From an uncultured Nitrososphaerales archaeon (GTDB taxonomy: Archaea > Thermoproteota > Nitrososphaeria > Nitrososphaerales > Nitrososphaeraceae): DNA of 64,000 bases. This document shows, piece after piece, positions 1 through 10,944 of the stretch. Position 1 is the stretch's first letter. Each line of letters starts with the position of its first letter. The stretch spans positions 1,664,001 through 1,728,000 of the forward strand of contig CAVOHZ010000010.1 of NCBI GenBank assembly GCA_963695855.1, read 5' to 3'. A program made the translations under genes and the position numbers. The notes under the pieces are model-generated. The model was not told the DNA's origin. It searched no databases and saw only the letters and a program-made list of their open reading frames with translations.

Positions 1-141
1 ACACTAATTTTCAGGTAAAATAACGACTGTTTACTTCAATTTTTATATTGTTTAGAATATATATCTTAGAATATAGCTTGGATTTCAATTTCGGCAATTG
101 AAATATAAAACTTTTTATAAATTAGATTATTTACTTCTTTA

Positions 142-435
142 ATGAAAAAAATCTTTACATTAGCAATAATAGCTCTTGCAATAGGCATTATTGGCATAGC
201 AAGCAATTCATTGAATATATTGGCTCAAATGGCAGACGAGGGAACAAATAGTATGAATGCTACAAATGCAACAGCAGCAACAACTGCATCAGCAGGGACA
301 ACATCAGGTTCTCAAATGGCCGATAATGGTGACGATAAAAAAGATAATGGTGATGACGATGACGATAAAAAAGATAATGGTGACGATAAAAAAGATAATG
401 GTGATGACGATGACGATAAAAAGAACAAAGACTAA
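142..435 (+). CDS. Small secreted protein with Ala/Thr linker and acidic DNGDDKK repeats
   Basis: 97-aa ORF with N-terminal signal-like hydrophobic stretch (MKKIFTLAIIALAIGIIG); tandem GATAAAAAAGATAATGGTGA units at ~333-420. Confidence 0.7.
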   Translation: MKKIFTLAIIALAIGIIGIASNSLNILAQMADEGTNSMNATNATAATTASAGTTSGSQMADNGDDKKDNGDDDDDKKDNGDDKKDNGDDDDDKKNKD

Positions 436-785
436 TAATCATTAGAAGATAAAAAACAATTCATATATTTTTTTACCGAAGTATATGAAAAGATTAATCT
501 CTTATAATCATTGTAATCCAAAAATAATTTATTTTTTAGTTGACAAATATTAAAAATTTAATCTCAACTTTTTAAAATGAATATAAACATACTAATGAAT
601 AATTCTAAATATTTGTTTGGAATATAATATTGTACTATAAATCTATGAAACGCATGAATAAAAAGCTAATGCAAGAACAAGTACAGAGTCAAAAACCGCA
701 GCAACAGCAGGAGAAGAAAGTAGCTTATAGGTCCAAATATTCGCCTTATCAGAAGTTCCTAAACTCCATACATACGTACCCAGAT

Positions 786-1260
786 TCATTTGCTAGTTGA
801 CGATGATTCAATTTTTTCTATTCGTTCCTGTAAGGAGTTTAGAGCCATAACAGAAGGCCCTTTCTCTATCAATGAAAATTTAGATTCACAAGTTTCTTTA
901 ATTATTTTTAATGCTAGTAGTCGATCTTTTTGAGAAATTTGGTTATCATCATTAAAAATATTCCAAGATTTCTGCTGGATCTGATCCATTGTATCAATAC
1001 ATCCTTTATAATAAAATCCTAAATCTTTGGCTAAATCAAATACAAATTTTTGAGATAACTTCTTTAAAAATTTGATATCTCTACAAATAGTAGAAACATT
1101 ACAATGTAGTTCTCTTGCTATTTCAGTTTCTGATTTAGATTGAGCCTATAACTTGGCTACCAATCGTCTTCTCTCTTCAATAATGAATTTTGATTTGCCG
1201 TTATTATTATCGTTATTATTGTCATAATCAAATTTAAAATTAGAATTTTGCTGATCTACA
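786..1260 (-). pseudogene. HTH protein, terminase small subunit-like, with internal TAG and disrupted 5' end
   Basis: Frame of ORF 786..989 extends upstream as EERRRLVAKL*AQSKSETEIARELHCNVSTICRDIK (HTH), stop at 1146-1148; layout resembles 36858..37298; abuts a transposase fragment. Confidence 0.6.
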
Positions 1261-1784
1261 ATGTGGGGATTTAGTCATACAAAGGAGGGTTGGATATTTG
1301 GATACAAGTTGCATCTGGTAGGTAGCAAATACTGGTCTATCATTGTATCTTTGAGAGCAGCAGATTTTACAACTGCTAACATACCTGACAACCAGATGTA
1401 CAGTGTATTGACAGCAAGTCTACCTGTTACAATCATTAGAGAAATATTATTCATGTCTGCAGATCCTGGCTACGATGATCATGAATTGTACGATCTCAGT
1501 ACAGATATGGGATTTAGATTGGTGTGTCCTGTACAGAGATATAAAAATACACCTGCTGATAGGATAAAATTGATAGAATTTTATGAATCTAATGTTAGAC
1601 AGACTATCTATTTATTGAGAAGTACATCTATAGAACCGTTAATAGGGCATATCAAATCTGCGTTCAGGATAGAGCATGTGCAATAGTACTTCTATCAGTT
1701 TTGCTATATCAGATACTTGCATACTACAACTGTAAAATCGATAGAGATAATCCTATGGCAATTAAATACTTGATAGGAACATAA
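1261..1784 (+). pseudogene. DDE transposase fragment (DDE_Tnp_1 type, IS4/IS982-like)
   Basis: WGFS..GWIFGYKLHL, SADPGYD and RSTSIEPL..HIK motifs; 5' truncated, frameshift near 1680. Confidence 0.75.
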
Positions 1785-1956
1785 CAAAGATTGACTATAT
1801 ACGAATGTTAACATTATAATATTTGTTAACTGAATTATGACCCAGTCTCAGTTATCTATATACATGGAATTCTTTTCATAAATTTATTCCATTTCTTTGC
1901 TGATATTATTTTTTACCTTTCCAATAATTAATTCCTCATTTTTGATCTCATTATTA

Positions 1957-2685
1957 GGCTGTGTTAATTTAAGATAATATTCACCTCCTTTAACCAAAAA
2001 TAATTCTTATTATTTGCTATAGTATCATTATTCATCGAAACAAAGAATTGTATCCAATTATAAACATGAAATAAATTACATTCCTCTTTTTGCCTACAAG
2101 GATAGTAGTCATCAAAACTTTCTATTCTGTCTTTCAAATACTGATTGACTCCTTCCATCAAACTTTTCTGAAATGGTGAATGCAAATAGTGTTTTAATCC
2201 AATTATGTTACATGCTTCATCATACCATGTACCACCGTCAGTATAAACTGTATGTCTGCCATATTTTTCAACCAGTGAACGAATAAATTTTTCAGCAACA
2301 AGCATATTTCTCTCTTCAGAGATATGAATTCCAAGCACTGAACTGTGTACTGGTTCAATACAAAACCATAGCCAGAAATGCCGACCACCAATCTGAATAA
2401 TAGTTTCATCTATTATGAATGCAGATACTCTTTTCCTTTTGTATATCTGCAATGAACCAAACCTTTGTATCCAATTCCAAACAGAAAGATGACTTCTTTT
2501 ATCGTCCTTGAAAATTATTAGTGCTTTAGAAGTATTACGTAAACTGAGACCAAGAAAGTATAGATAAAGAGAATACATTACTACAATTGTGGATGTTCTA
2601 TTTCGTTCAAATCTAATATTCATACTATATAGATTAGAAATAGAATGTTCACAGCTAAATCTAGATCGTTAACTTAACAGTTGTG
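1957..2685 (-). mobile_element. IS6-family insertion sequence
   Basis: Transposase flanked by imperfect inverted ends GGCTGTGTTAATTTAA (1957) and TTAACTTAACAGTTG (~2668-2682). Confidence 0.7.
1964..2623 (-). CDS. IS6-family transposase
   Basis: [32 protein letters not shown] and E..NQY.KDR.E.FDDYY motifs. Confidence 0.9.
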   Translation of the reverse strand: MNIRFERNRTSTIVVMYSLYLYFLGLSLRNTSKALIIFKDDKRSHLSVWNWIQRFGSLQIYKRKRVSAFIIDETIIQIGGRHFWLWFCIEPVHSSVLGIHISEERNMLVAEKFIRSLVEKYGRHTVYTDGGTWYDEACNIIGLKHYLHSPFQKSLMEGVNQYLKDRIESFDDYYPCRQKEECNLFHVYNWIQFFVSMNNDTIANNKNYFWLKEVNIILN

Positions 2686-2944
2686 TAATCATATTCATTA
2701 GTCCTATCTGTAAGATATCACTTATCCTTCTCCCATGTTTCTCATAGTATTATATACTCAGCTAAAGCTCTATCTATCAGGAAATAATTATCAAAGAGGC
2801 AAATAGTAGTTTACTATAATTGTGAATCTCTGCATTTACATGACTCTTGATACAGCCCTATTTTAGGATTGAAGGCAACCCAAACAAATATCTAAGAATG
2901 CATTTTCTTTTGATTTTAATCATGCTAGTGTGTCAAAAGTGGTA

Positions 2945-3305
2945 GTTTCAAACCTATTTTAGTCAAATTCAAACGGTGTCAAATTACACAAATGTGTAGG
3001 TTTAGAAGGAAAGTAAACCTATTTTAGTCAAATTCAAACGGTGTCAAAAAATTACACTATTTTAGTCAAATTCAAACGGCAGGTAAAACATGATCCATAA
3101 ATTGCTTTGTTTCAAACTTATTTTAGTCAAGTTCAAACGGTGTCAAAAAATTACACTATTTTAGTCAAATTCAAACGGCAGGTAAAACATGATCCATAAA
3201 TTGCTTTGTTTCAAACTTATTTTAGTCAAGTTCAAACCTTGCTTTTACCAACGGAGATTATATACAATTCCTGGTGGTTCAACCCCTATTTTAGTCAAGT
3301 CAAAC
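2945..3305 (-). CRISPR. Degenerate orphan CRISPR mini-array (7 full or partial 30-bp repeats)
   Basis: Repeat GTTTCAAACCTATTTTAGTCAAATTCAAAC (reverse complement ends TTGAAAC) at 2945, 3109, 3208, 3276, with 5'-truncated copies at 3015, 3057, 3156; spacers 31-38 bp plus a truncated 17-bp one; 3040-3138 duplicated at 3139-3237; no cas genes adjacent. Confidence 0.7.
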
Positions 3306-3363
3306 TTTTCCGCTTTTTAATCCCCAATATGTGAACTTCTAATATCCTTAGAACCTAACATTC

Positions 3364-3410
3364 AATGGAGAGGATGGGATTTGAACCCGTTACTGCTAGT
3401 CATGGGATTG
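3364..3410 (-). repeat. Degenerate att site (tRNA 3'-end copy plus arm)
   Basis: AATGGAGAGGATGGGATTTGAACCC matches 39130-39154 with 2 mismatches; downstream bases resemble those after 13987 and 25269. Confidence 0.75.
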
Positions 3411-3832
3411 CTCTGATGAAACAAGATATTATATTAACTCTTACGAACTAACTAGCTGAAGTCATAAAGAGAATATTCTCAGCTATAGCTTTTGCTGCTT
3501 ATCTGAAGAGTCAAAATTATATTGTTACTTCTCCTGTTCACAAATAATCATAGTAATAATTCAATTAATTGACAATTGTTGGATTAAAAAAGCAATTTAG
3601 TAAGTAAAAAATCTAAATTAATTTTCTTATTTTTTTATGAAATGTCATATCATAGGTAAAATGTAATATCACTTATTTTGTCAATAAAGCTAAATAATAA
3701 CTGTTTTCATCATCTCATAGTTAAATGTAGTTTATAAAACTATTATCCTATGTAGGTATTAATAGATTTTTCTTCCAAGTGATGTTTATTTCCAAAAAAT
3801 TATTATATTAATTTTGTATAGATCTGTCCTCT

Positions 3833-4387
3833 TTGAAATCGAATTATAAGAATACTATCGGTATCTTGGGGTTAATTATATCTTTTTTTGGCACCATCTT
3901 CTTTGGCTTAGGAACAATATATAGATCTGAAGAATCATTTTCATCATCTTTTCTAATATGTATTATAGGAATAATATTAGTAGGGTGGTGGCTTAAGCAC
4001 GTAAAAAGAATTGGAATAAAGATTGCAATGACTATTTTGTTAATGGGTCAGTTATTAATATTTTTATTTCCTGAAAGTATTTTCAGTTTAGATAGAAATT
4101 ATGTTAACAATATGACATTTTTTGTTTTTATAGTCTTCCTCATTGGCATTATTGTGTCTATTAAATGTATTAGAAAAAGATATAAAATACGTCAAAACTT
4201 TTCAAAATCTATAAAGAATCAGATACTTCAAAAACAGAAACACAAATGTGCAGTATGCAGAGAAATGCCTCCATTATTTCACTTTGATCATAAGGATGGA
4301 AATAGATCTAATAATGGTTTAAAGAATTGTCAGGCTTTATGTCCAAATTGTCATTCAATAAAAACATTAAGACATATAAGAAGATAG
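3833..4387 (+). CDS. Membrane protein (about 4 TM) with C-terminal HNH domain
   Basis: Hydrophobic N-terminal two-thirds, then CAVC..HFDHKDGNRSNN..NCQALCPNCH. Confidence 0.85.
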   Translation: MKSNYKNTIGILGLIISFFGTIFFGLGTIYRSEESFSSSFLICIIGIILVGWWLKHVKRIGIKIAMTILLMGQLLIFLFPESIFSLDRNYVNNMTFFVFIVFLIGIIVSIKCIRKRYKIRQNFSKSIKNQILQKQKHKCAVCREMPPLFHFDHKDGNRSNNGLKNCQALCPNCHSIKTLRHIRR

Positions 4388-4479
4388 AAAAAATGATATA
4401 TAAAATTAAAATCAAGGAAATTAGTTCATTTACTTTTTTACATGATTTGGTGCTGTTAGAAGTAATATATCCGATTTTA

Positions 4480-4860
4480 AATGAACCCTTATTTTGATTG
4501 TTACATTTATAGATGAACGGTAACCTAATCCAATTCTATACATACTTTGGATTAGATTTTTATTTTTTGTAAAGAAAAAATCACGAAGACATTCTGTTCT
4601 GTGAAATACTGTATTACTCTTTCTTTCCTTTCAATTAAACTTTTTTTCTAAAGGTCCGTGCAACTGATCTTTTAGATCTAGAAAATACATTTCTATGTAT
4701 ATCATGTGCCACCATCTGTGTATACGACATATCTTTCATACTTGTCAATTAGTAAATACATAAAATTATCTGCCACAAACATGTTTGTTCCCTTGGAAAT
4801 ATGTATTCCAAGCACAGATTTGTGGTGCTTCAATTACAAACCCAAAATCAGTAATGATAA
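4480..4860 (-). pseudogene. Highly eroded IS6 transposase remnant
   Basis: ATATGTATTCCAAGCAC..TTCAAT.ACAAA resembles 2322-2366; reverse strand gives a RTEC..DFF-like segment. Confidence 0.4.
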
Positions 4861-5467
4861 TCCCATTAGAATATGATACAGCTAAATCCATTTTCTTAAA
4901 TTAATAACCTCGTTAAAGTATTTCATACAAAATTAAAGTGTTAAATATCATAATGTCGTATAATCTACTAACCACTGAATAATTTGTCTATAGCGAATCT
5001 CTGTAGCTATATCCTTCCACAATCTAATGCCAACATAATGCCTCGTTACAACCTATGGACAACTTCGATACTCACATTCGGTGGTGTTGGAGAGAAAGAT
5101 CTAGAATAACTATATTGATATCCAACCATTGCGGCATGGTAGATATCTTTAATTACTTTCACAAACTCTCCAACGACATTCTTAAGTTTCAAGTTTGAAT
5201 TTAAGGGCAATATGATAAATCAACAAGTCTAAAAAAGTTAAAAGTAAATACAGAATAAAAGACAAGTATGAATTATCATCTAATTTAAGGTTGCTTGAAG
5301 AAAATCAATTATTACTATTCAAACAAAAAATAGAGCAAGATAAAGCATGTAAAAGTACACACGATTCTTATAGAAAATGTCATCTTAATTAGAATTATTT
5401 TCTCAAGATAAACATATTGTATGTATATACATGGATTCAGGGGGGATTTTTGTTTATTTGTTTTTAT

Positions 5468-5605
5468 TTATTTGATCTTGATTTCCATTGTCGGTTCTTC
5501 CTCCAAGTCTTTTTCTTTTCTTGTCGCAAAGAACTTGAATACTAATACTGCTGCTGCTAGTGCTAAACCACTTACAGTTGATAGAAGAAATATTTCACAA
5601 CTCAC
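5468..5605 (-). CDS. Small single-TM protein (45 aa)
   Basis: GTG-start ORF MSCEIFLLSTVSGLALAAAVLVFKFFATRKEKDLEEEPTMEIKIK; below the ORF-track cutoff. Confidence 0.5.
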   Translation of the reverse strand: MSCEIFLLSTVSGLALAAAVLVFKFFATRKEKDLEEEPTMEIKIK

Positions 5606-5665
5606 TTATCTTACATATTATATTAAACAACAAATTATTTTAATATTTTCTCAAAATTGAACTAA

Positions 5666-6555
5666 GAGTTTATCCCAAAATTAACCTCTATATACAATAA
5701 GGCTATTGGCTAGTTGTACAAGACCAAGATAGTTCTCATCTTTCTTTTCATATCTTGTAAATAATTTCCTAAATCTATTGTTATGTCATGAATTTGTTCT
5801 TTCTACAACCCATCTCCTTGTTGGCTGTTTATTGTTGTGTTTCTTTTTTTCTCTTCTAAATCGTATGTGAGGAATGTATCCTCTCTTGGTAATTTCTTGC
5901 TCTACTTCTTTGGAATGATATGCTTTATCAAGACATAGATTCTGTTTCTTTATCTCATCCGATTTGTATGATGGTCTTCTGATTACAATATTATCAATTG
6001 TATTTGTTGCAACAGTGGCATCATGAGTATTTGCAGATATTATAATTGCAGACAAAGGAATGCCATCATTATCTGTTAGAATATGTCTTTTGGTTCCTAA
6101 TTTGCCTCTATCAGTTGGATTATGTCCAGTCATCACTCCCCTAAAGGCGATTTTACAGATATACTATCAAGTGATTGCCAGTTCCATCTCATTCCTTTCC
6201 TGGTATCATATTTTTGTAGCAATCTTGTCCAGACCCTATGAAAAATACCTGATTGCCTCCATTCTTGAAATCTTCTATGACATGTTGAACCAGAACCATA
6301 CTCTTTAGATAACATTTTCCATTGACAGCCAGTTCTGAGGATAACATTATCCCATCAATTACTTTTCTATATGGAACAATTGGCCTTCCTATAGTGTTAC
6401 TTGGTTTCTATTCTAGTAAAATATTTTTAATCTCATTCCATAAATCGTCAGGAATACGTGTAATTGTTCTAACAGACTTTTTACTCTTAATCAACATTAC
6501 CATGTATGATATAAAACTAAAGAGCTATATTCCTATCTATTTTTGGGATAGGCTC
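5666..6555 (-). mobile_element. IS5-family (IS427-like) element with inactivated transposase
   Basis: TIRs GAGTTTATCCCAAAA / TTTTGGGATAGGCTC, TAA target duplication (5663-5665, 6556-6558); pieces STCHRRFQEW, QSLDS, NPTDRGKLGTKR, LDKAY, RRWVVERT broken by stops and frameshifts. Confidence 0.9.
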
Positions 6556-6626
6556 TAAGTATATCAAAGGATTAATTTTTATTTATTTATACGACAAATT
6601 TTTTTACTAATTTATTTTATACATTT

Positions 6627-6722
6627 TATAAAATAAGTTAGTTTATTAGTGTTTATTATTATCTATATTTTGGGGTCCAGTACTATTATTGTTACTGTGG
6701 AGTAAGAGTTTCTATCTATCTA
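6627..6722. repeat. Non-coding segment homologous (inverted) to 14079..14181
   Basis: Reverse complement shares GATAGATAGAAACTC..CTTACTCCACAGTAACAATA..GTACT.GA.CCCAAAATATAGAT..ACACTAATAAA. Confidence 0.8.
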
Positions 6723-6829
6723 ATGTTATAATATAAGTGAAAGGTGAAAATATATTTTTATATATATATAATTTTATTGCTCTAGCGATATCTCTTACCA
6801 ATCTTAGATAAAACGAAGTAAGATACACC

Positions 6830-7057
6830 ATGAAGATAATACATTTGAAATTTAAGTACTTGCAAAGAACTGATGAGAGAAGACATACCTTTACTACAAA
6901 ATGGTGTCCTCGTTGCCTGGAAGTAGGAATTTTTGTTCAATTGGGTCCGCGCCTTTACAAGAAGGAGGAATTAATTGACGGTGAATTACCACACGACTGT
7001 TATTACTGGTTAGAGTGTCGTGATTGCGGATATATAGTCAAAGATTATTTTAATTAG
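6830..7057 (+). CDS. Small zinc-ribbon protein
   Basis: WCPRC ... LECRDCG pairs in 75 aa. Confidence 0.6.
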   Translation: MKIIHLKFKYLQRTDERRHTFTTKWCPRCLEVGIFVQLGPRLYKKEELIDGELPHDCYYWLECRDCGYIVKDYFN

Positions 7058-7237
7058 TTAATTAGTATATCATTACGCTAGTGATATCTAGAATTTTCCT
7101 TCAATGTGGTTCAAAAATGTTATTTCATTTAGAATATTTAAGATGAAATTCCAATATTATATAGTATGTCTTGTATGAAGTTATGAAGGACGAAAAGAGT
7201 TATCTATAAGACAACATGAAAGATATTGACTTTCATA

Positions 7238-7435
7238 TTATTGTGATGTTTTCAAATTTGTTGAAATAGATTCAATGTTATACAGAATTAAGTTTATTGA
7301 TAAGATATCTACCTTAGAATTGGTGTTAAAATCTACAAATTTTTCTTGGGTTTGACCAAATACTACATTTAAGGTTAAACCTATGATTACTAAAATTATT
7401 GAAATTATAACTACATATAGATTGAACCTTTGCAT
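7238..7435 (-). CDS. Short secreted or membrane protein, possibly truncated
   Basis: Signal-peptide-like N-terminus ending VFGQ. Confidence 0.4.
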   Translation of the reverse strand: MQRFNLYVVIISIILVIIGLTLNVVFGQTQEKFVDFNTNSKVDILSINLILYNIESISTNLKTSQ

Positions 7436-7662
7436 TTATTCGCTGATCGAGTTAATCGAATAATTGATATAAGGTAGAGTCTTTGTATATGATAAAAATT
7501 CATTTCGTTTTTTTTTTAAAAATTTTTAAATTCTTTATCATATTTGTCTAGTTATTTTAAAATTTAAACTAGAATATACTGTATTTAATTGTATATAACG
7601 AAAGGAAAAGTACATAGTTAATAGTATTAATCTTAATATCCTTAGTATTCCTGTAGATAACC

Positions 7663-8109
7663 ATGTCTACAAATACAAATGAAATTGCAAAGTCAATAAA
7701 TAAATTTCAAGATGAATCCAGAAAGATATACGAAAATAATATTGAAAGAATAAATCAATACCAGAACCAAATTATTGATACAAGTAAACACATTGCTGAT
7801 AACTATATTGAATTACAAAAGAATACAGTCAATATTTATCAATCGGCATATAGTCAAATCCTTGAAAATTTATCCCATTCATATTGGAAGGATTCAAATG
7901 TTCCAGAAAGATTTACTGATGCATATAATACAATCAACAAAAATATTCTTGATAATATTACCGATACAACAAATTTCATCAATGAAATTGTTTCAAGAAA
8001 TATAGAAACGGCCAACAAATCTATTGAATATGCACAAAGATATTTCAACGATACAACTCGAAATTACTTCAACTATATCAGAAAATTAGAAAGACCTTAC
8101 AACAGATAA
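7663..8109 (+). CDS. Amphipathic helical protein, possibly phasin-like
   Basis: 148 aa Asn/Ile/Gln-rich helical pattern (YQNQIIDTSKHIADNYIELQK); function is inference. Confidence 0.55.
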   Translation: MSTNTNEIAKSINKFQDESRKIYENNIERINQYQNQIIDTSKHIADNYIELQKNTVNIYQSAYSQILENLSHSYWKDSNVPERFTDAYNTINKNILDNITDTTNFINEIVSRNIETANKSIEYAQRYFNDTTRNYFNYIRKLERPYNR

Positions 8110-8655
8110 ATCCTTCATTTTTTGTACTATAATAATCTGTATTGTTATATTCTGATATTTTTTAAATTATAGATTTTTTTATTTATTTTATTTATCAATG
8201 GCAATTTAAAATTTCATTTTTTTCAATAATAAATATATTCTCTTAATATAATCATCTTCTAAAGTCATCTTTATCGAGATTAAGGTTTATTATATATATC
8301 ATTTGTATAATCAGAATTGTTACCAAATTCTAAATGTTAAAGGAGTTTATACTGATCGTCAATAATTTTTTTATCCGTAATTTATAACAATCTATTATGG
8401 TGCTATTTGATTTTGTCGTTTCTATTGAAAATTAAATATCAGAAAAGTCATCATATTTTGAATATTAGCAAATATCACATATTTCAATAAACTTAAAAAC
8501 TTAAATTAATAATTAAATATTTCATTTTAGACTAGGATATAAGAATAAACTATTATATAATATCAATCTATTTTTCTAGTTTCTAATTTTTTAAACTTTC
8601 AAAAATTGAAGTTTTATCTTCCTGAAATTTATCTATAAGTTTTTTAATAGAATTT

Positions 8656-9084
8656 TTGATTCTTAGACTTCGACCATATGAAATCAAAGTAGTCCTTGTT
8701 GAGCCAGGAGTTATTAATACTAATTTTGTGTCAAATATTAAATTTCCCAATAAAACGAATGATAACAAATCACAAGAAACTTTAATGAAACAAGAAAAAT
8801 CAGAAACTAATTACTTTAGTAATGATATTAAGAAAAAGAATTCTTTATATTATTCTAATACTATAGATAGATTTCTATCTTATTATTATCCTTCTATGAA
8901 GAATGCTTCACCACCAAAAGAAGTTGGTACTGTAATACTTCAAGCAATTAAAAATGCTTTAAATTCTTCAGAATCATTGTTCAGATATGTAGTAGGAGAA
9001 GATGCTAAAACTTTTGCACAAGCAAAAAAGAATATGTCTGATTCACAATTACATGAGTTTATTTCTTATAGATTACTAGGTTAA
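8656..9084 (+). pseudogene. C-terminal fragment of an SDR oxidoreductase
   Basis: LRPYEIKVVLVEPGVINTNF and FRYVVGEDA; N-terminal Rossmann motif and YxxxK absent. Confidence 0.75.
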
Positions 9085-9111
9085 GTATATTACCATTCTA
9101 AACCTATGAAA

Positions 9112-9675
9112 TGTTGAAATATCTTTCGTCATTTTTACTAACAGGAAAAGCACTTTTTGATGTTGGTAGATACAGAAAAATATCCCGTTGAAAAGAAGTT
9201 TTCAGTATTGTCCTATTAAAGGCAATAGATTGTAACTCAAAGAGAAGAGATGAAAGAATTTCCTTTATTGGACTGAACACTGGTACGGTAAAGACTGACA
9301 GAGTAAAAAGATAGCACCGGTAACAGAGCATGAAGAAGACAGGTATATGGAACAGGAGTTGGAGCATGTAATAGAGACAGATAGTAGCCTACCAGAAAAG
9401 TGAACAGTATGAAGTCTACTATATTCTTTTCAGCGAGACCGATAGAGGAAATAATTGTTAAATCAACATATGACAATAAGGGACAGATTCGATTTATGTG
9501 AAACACCAACAGTTAGAAACCATCAATTCTCTTATGACTAATTCGTTAACACTTCATGTGATGAATTGTGATGAATGCATTTCGATGATAATGACGAATA
9601 GTGCACCTGCTAGATACGAATACGATAAGAAACAACAGAAGAAGAAAGATGCCGAAGTTTAGAAATAGAACAAGC
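9112..9675 (+). pseudogene. Decayed hypothetical gene homologous to the fragment at 25748..25915
   Basis: DECISMIMTNSAPARYEYDKKQQ vs DECITMIMHNGGPPRYEYDKKQQ; several stops and frameshifts. Confidence 0.55.
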
Positions 9676-9743
9676 AGTATTCCTAGCTTGTTTTTGAGAA
9701 ATTTTCCATAAATAATTAAATAAAACCAAATCGTAATAAATAC

Positions 9744-10019
9744 ATGAGATATATACTAATAATTTTATTATTAGCGGCTACTGGTGTATATTTTAGTCTA
9801 CCAGTTATTTCTGCACAATTTACTGCCGATATAATGATTACAGATATGCGTACTACTCACGCAATTCTGGAAAAAAATGTAGGTGAAGTAATTACATTAC
9901 TAAAAAATAACAATACGGCTGAAGCCCTAAACCTGCTCGACGGTGTGAAAATGAAAGTTCATCACATGAATTCGATGTTCGATGATCTTGTGTGGGAATT
10001 GTCCAATAGAGGACATTAA
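9744..10019 (+). CDS. Small secreted helical protein
   Basis: Signal peptide ending ISAQ; 91 aa. Confidence 0.65.
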   Translation: MRYILIILLLAATGVYFSLPVISAQFTADIMITDMRTTHAILEKNVGEVITLLKNNNTAEALNLLDGVKMKVHHMNSMFDDLVWELSNRGH

Positions 10020-10251
10020 TCTACTGTATGATAATAAAACCCTTTATTATTATTTTTCTCATAGAAGTATAACTATAATAATAATTAATTATTTGGGAAC
10101 CGAGTTACTTTCTATTTCTTTTTCCTTTTGTATTTTTTCCTAATCAAGTATTAACAATTTTCTATTATTTTTGTTGTTACAAAATTTATCTAATTTAGTA
10201 AATTATGAAAATTTAAAGAAATAAAAATAAGTTAAAAAAAAATTCTTATTA

Positions 10252-10887
10252 TTATTCTACTTTAATTTCTTTTCCTTTAGGCTTTGTCTGTTTCTTTTTG
10301 TTAAATACTATTTCCAGAATTCCGTTATTGTATATAGATCTGACAGTTTCAATATCTGCTTCTGTTGGTAAATCTATTAATTTACGATATTTTCTTTGTG
10401 GATCATCACTTGATATTTCTACAGAATTCTCATAAGCATTTATCTTTATATTTTCTTTTTTTATACCTGGCATTTCTACTACGATTTTGACTTCTTTATC
10501 TGTAGATGATACATCAACTAAAGGTTCTCTTTCTGAAGAAATTGATGGCTGTTGGAAGAATCCTCCATTTCCAGCAAAATGAGATTTTACGTTACCAAAT
10601 TCTCTTATATTTGGCTTTCCATCAGATCCTATGGTCATTGAATATCCATATACTATTGGACCTACTTGTCTAACTTTTCCACCTTCTGGTGTTTCGTATT
10701 CTTTAACCAAATCTTTTGGTACTCTGTTTTCAATATTTTTAAATTGTTCAGAAAATGTTCTTTCAATGTCTTTTCTCATTTCATCAAATTCTGTAAATAT
10801 ATCGTCAAAGTTCCAGCTGCCAAAAGTCTTTCGTCCACTAAAAAATTTCTTATACCACTCATATGGAATTATATCTCTATTACTCAT
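10252..10887 (-). CDS. hsp20: Archaeal small heat-shock protein Hsp20
   Basis: GPIVYGYSMTIGSDGKPNIREFGN, EREPLVDV, EMPGIKKE, YNNGILEI and C-terminal IKVE; probable start MSNRD at 10887. Confidence 0.93.
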   Translation of the reverse strand: MSNRDIIPYEWYKKFFSGRKTFGSWNFDDIFTEFDEMRKDIERTFSEQFKNIENRVPKDLVKEYETPEGGKVRQVGPIVYGYSMTIGSDGKPNIREFGNVKSHFAGNGGFFQQPSISSEREPLVDVSSTDKEVKIVVEMPGIKKENIKINAYENSVEISSDDPQRKYRKLIDLPTEADIETVRSIYNNGILEIVFNKKKQTKPKGKEIKVE

Positions 10888-10905
10888 TGTAATATTCATC
10901 TGTAA

Positions 10906-10932
10906 ATTGTAATATACATTACAATATATAAA
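10906..10932 (-). promoter_or_regulatory. hsp20 TATA box with adjacent palindromic operator
   Basis: TTTATATA (minus strand, 10925-10932) abutting perfect inverted repeat ATTGTAAT-N4-ATTACAAT (10906-10925). Confidence 0.6.
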
Positions 10933-10944
10933 CCTTATGACATA

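Noticed and set aside
257-445. Poly-Q and His-rich alternative-frame ORFs
   Set aside because: By-products of the low-complexity repeats in 142..435
3078-3108. Spacer self-targeting tRNA-Val (shared GGCAGGTA)
   Set aside because: Only an 8-nt match, expected by chance
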